Below, one piece after another: positions 62,386 to 64,000 of a stretch of 64,000 nucleotides of DNA. The notes beneath the pieces were generated by a model. The model saw only the letters and a list, made by a program, of their open reading frames with translations. It ran no database searches and was not told the origin of the DNA. A program made the position numbers and the translations under genes. The DNA is from Omnitrophica bacterium GWA2_41_15 (lineage in GTDB: Bacteria; Omnitrophota; Gorgyraeia; Gygaellales; UBA12090), in contig CAKKRH010000020.1 of NCBI GenBank assembly GCA_919902675.1, positions 5,110-69,109 on the forward strand, given 5' to 3'. Position 1 is the first letter of the stretch; each line of letters opens with the position of its first letter.

Positions 62386-63055
62386 AGCCCTTTCCAAGAT
62401 AGCCCAGGCTATTACTTCAGAGCTTTATCTGGATGACATCCTGCGCCTGATAGTTACGGTTACCGCCCAGACCCTGGGTTCAAAAATCTGCTCTTTGATG
62501 CTCTTAGATGAGAAGAAACAGGAGCTGATTATCCGGGCAACCCAGTCTATATCCGAGAGCTATAACAAAAAGCCGCCTCTAAAAATCGGCGAGGGCATTG
62601 CCGGTAAGGCAGTCGCAGAAAAAAGGCCGATCGCGGTGTATGATGTCCTTCAGGAAAAGGAGTATAAATATAAAGATATAGCCAAGAAGGAAGGCCTGGC
62701 TTCTTTGTTGTGTGTTCCGATGATGGTAAAAGGAAAGGTAATCGGAGTTATCAATCTTTATACTTCCAAGCCTCATAGCTTTACCAAGAACGAAATCCAT
62801 ATGCTGACTACCGTGGCCAATCAGGCGGCAATGGTGATTGAAAATACCGAACTGATAGTAAAGAGCCGGATTATTCAGGAAGAGCTGGAAACCCGCAAGG
62901 TTGTGGAAAAGGCCAAAGGGATATTGATGCGGGAACAAGGCCTGCCTGAGGATGAGGCCTATCGGACGATTCAGAAATACAGTATGAATTCGCGCAAGTC
63001 AATGCGCCAGGTAGCCGAGGCGATTGTTACGGCTCAGGCAGTAAAAGAGAGATAA
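62360..63055 (+). CDS. GAF-ANTAR RNA-binding antiterminator-type regulator
   Basis: GAF-like N-terminal half. ANTAR 'RKVVEKAKGILMREQGLPEDEAYRTIQKYSMNSRKSMRQVAEAIV'. Confidence 0.75.
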   Translation: MPKAANHIEALSKIAQAITSELYLDDILRLIVTVTAQTLGSKICSLMLLDEKKQELIIRATQSISESYNKKPPLKIGEGIAGKAVAEKRPIAVYDVLQEKEYKYKDIAKKEGLASLLCVPMMVKGKVIGVINLYTSKPHSFTKNEIHMLTTVANQAAMVIENTELIVKSRIIQEELETRKVVEKAKGILMREQGLPEDEAYRTIQKYSMNSRKSMRQVAEAIVTAQAVKER

Positions 63056-63077
63056 ATACAATGCGCGCTAGCTACAT

Positions 63078-63147
63078 GGAACTTTACGCGCAACCACGCA
63101 ATAGAAGTTATGCGTAGTTCTGCGTCGCGTTCCGCGTAGTTCAGCGG
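63078..63147. repeat. Copy of the 'gcgtagttc' GC-word palindrome family
   Basis: 'gttccgcgtagttcagcg' (63129-63146) is identical to 22586-22603. Left half 'ggaactttacgcgcaaccacgca' is imperfectly complementary. Confidence 0.6.
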
Positions 63148-63154
63148 TACTTAA

Positions 63155-63427
63155 ATGGATTGGAAGATATTTTTTACCGCCTTCGGGACCATATTCCTGG
63201 CAGAGTTGGCGGATAAGACCGAGATGGCGGTTTTAAGCCTGACCGCCAAGACTAAATCTCCCTGGCCGGTATTCTGTGGGGCGATGCTGGCCTTTGGAAT
63301 AGCCACTCTACTGGCAGTGGTTTTTGGCGGGGCCATCGGGAAATTTGTCCCGGAGAATATTTTGCGCATGGTAAGCGCCGGGATATTTATCCTTATTGGA
63401 GTCTTGACCTTGATGGGAAAGCTTTAG
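63155..63427 (+). CDS. UPF0016 (GDT1/TMEM165) half-size cation transporter
   Basis: 90 aa, three hydrophobic segments, signature 'ELADKTEM' (E-x-x-D-K-T). Confidence 0.65.
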   Translation: MDWKIFFTAFGTIFLAELADKTEMAVLSLTAKTKSPWPVFCGAMLAFGIATLLAVVFGGAIGKFVPENILRMVSAGIFILIGVLTLMGKL

Positions 63428-63428
63428 G

Positions 63429-64000
63429 ATGGGGGAAAAAGAGGCGGTAACTGAGGCGGCCAAGATTATCGGAATCTCTATCCGCACCGCGCCCAAAAGC
63501 GCCGGCGTGGATGATATTTCATATAAGATATTAAGTGATTCTGAAAAGACAGCCCTGGTTAATGAAATTAAGAAGATGGCCGTCTTTCTGATTAAGGAAA
63601 ATAGCGAAGAAAAAACCAAGAAGGCGATAGAATTGGATTGGCATAGCGACGCGGACGCGATTGATAAGTCTGATTGCCTGATTATTATAGGAGTCAAAGG
63701 CAGAAAGCCTTTAGGCTTTAACTGCGCAGGATGCGGCTTTAAAGGCTGTCAGGAATTTTTAAGCGCTCCTCGTCCGGAAACCATATTTATGCCCGGCCCT
63801 TTCTGCGTATTTAAGCTCTTGGATTTAGGCATTGCCATCTCCAGCGCCGCCAAGAGCGCCTCTACCCTGAACATTGATAACCGGATAATGTACCGGGCGG
63901 GGCTGGCCGGATATAAATTAGGCCTGCTGAATGAGTGTAATCCCGTTCTCGGGCTTCCCCTTTGTTCGTCCGGAAAAAATATTTATTTTGACCGTAAGGA
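63429..64000 (+). CDS. DUF2148-like ferredoxin-domain protein, 3'-partial (not in ORF track because no stop lies in the window)
   Basis: My own translation from ATG 63429: 'MGEKEAVTEAAKIIGISIRTAPKSAGVDD...LIIIGVKGRKPLGFNCAGCGFKGCQEF...'. The frame stays open to the window end. Confidence 0.55.
   Translation, partial: MGEKEAVTEAAKIIGISIRTAPKSAGVDDISYKILSDSEKTALVNEIKKMAVFLIKENSEEKTKKAIELDWHSDADAIDKSDCLIIIGVKGRKPLGFNCAGCGFKGCQEFLSAPRPETIFMPGPFCVFKLLDLGIAISSAAKSASTLNIDNRIMYRAGLAGYKLGLLNECNPVLGLPLCSSGKNIYFDRK

Noticed and set aside
63056-63154. ANTAR target (dual hexaloop hairpins) downstream of the GAF-ANTAR gene
   Set aside because: The hairpins I can draw here belong to the GC-word palindrome family. 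They have 10-nt or irregular loops, not the paired hexaloops expected for ANTAR substrates.

Overview
Bacterial accessory/metabolic region with 47 of 49 called genes on the + strand. I suspect Candidatus Omnitrophota or a similar uncultured lineage, based on gene content and repeat style; this is not verifiable here. All calls come from reading the ORF translations and the DNA by eye, with no searches run.

Content in order:
1. 1-14612: a giant ORF, 5'-truncated by the window edge (at least 4,856 aa visible). It embeds two near-complete SecA-like motors, two xylose-isomerase-like TIM barrels and an internal transmembrane cluster. It is punctuated about 17 times by a [G/S/A]-S-P-[L/V/I] motif.
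2. 14682-15509: two PilZ-domain genes.
3. 15811-28639: a translationally coupled carbohydrate locus (CUT1-type ABC importer without ATPase, two clan-GH-A-like hydrolases, a tandem CBM-like protein, a TPR protein and a 1050-aa outer-membrane protein), followed by ROK and LacI regulators.
4. 33611-40873: housekeeping genes nrdJ (with putative NrdR boxes), apgM and mnmG, interrupted by a RayT-like Y1 transposase overlapping a SIR2-like gene.
5. 40845-48136: two two-component systems, the second PhoB/PhoR-like.
6. 48213-61655: a doubled Pho cluster. It runs porin-pstSCAB-phoU, a BrnTA toxin-antitoxin pair, then pstSCAB. An AT-rich 1.5-kb cassette bounded by inverted repeats (DUF3800) comes next, followed by a third pstB and a second phoU.
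7. 61693-64000: QueG-like, GAF-ANTAR, UPF0016 and DUF2148 genes.

Main leads:
- The giant SecA-embedding protein and its punctuation motif.
- 'Word palindromes' that are translated as signal peptides at coupled gene starts.
- Complementary degeneration of PstB2 and PstB3, implying an asymmetric heterodimeric ATPase.
- The RayT/REP-like/SIR2 arrangement.

No rRNA, tRNA or CRISPR array was seen.
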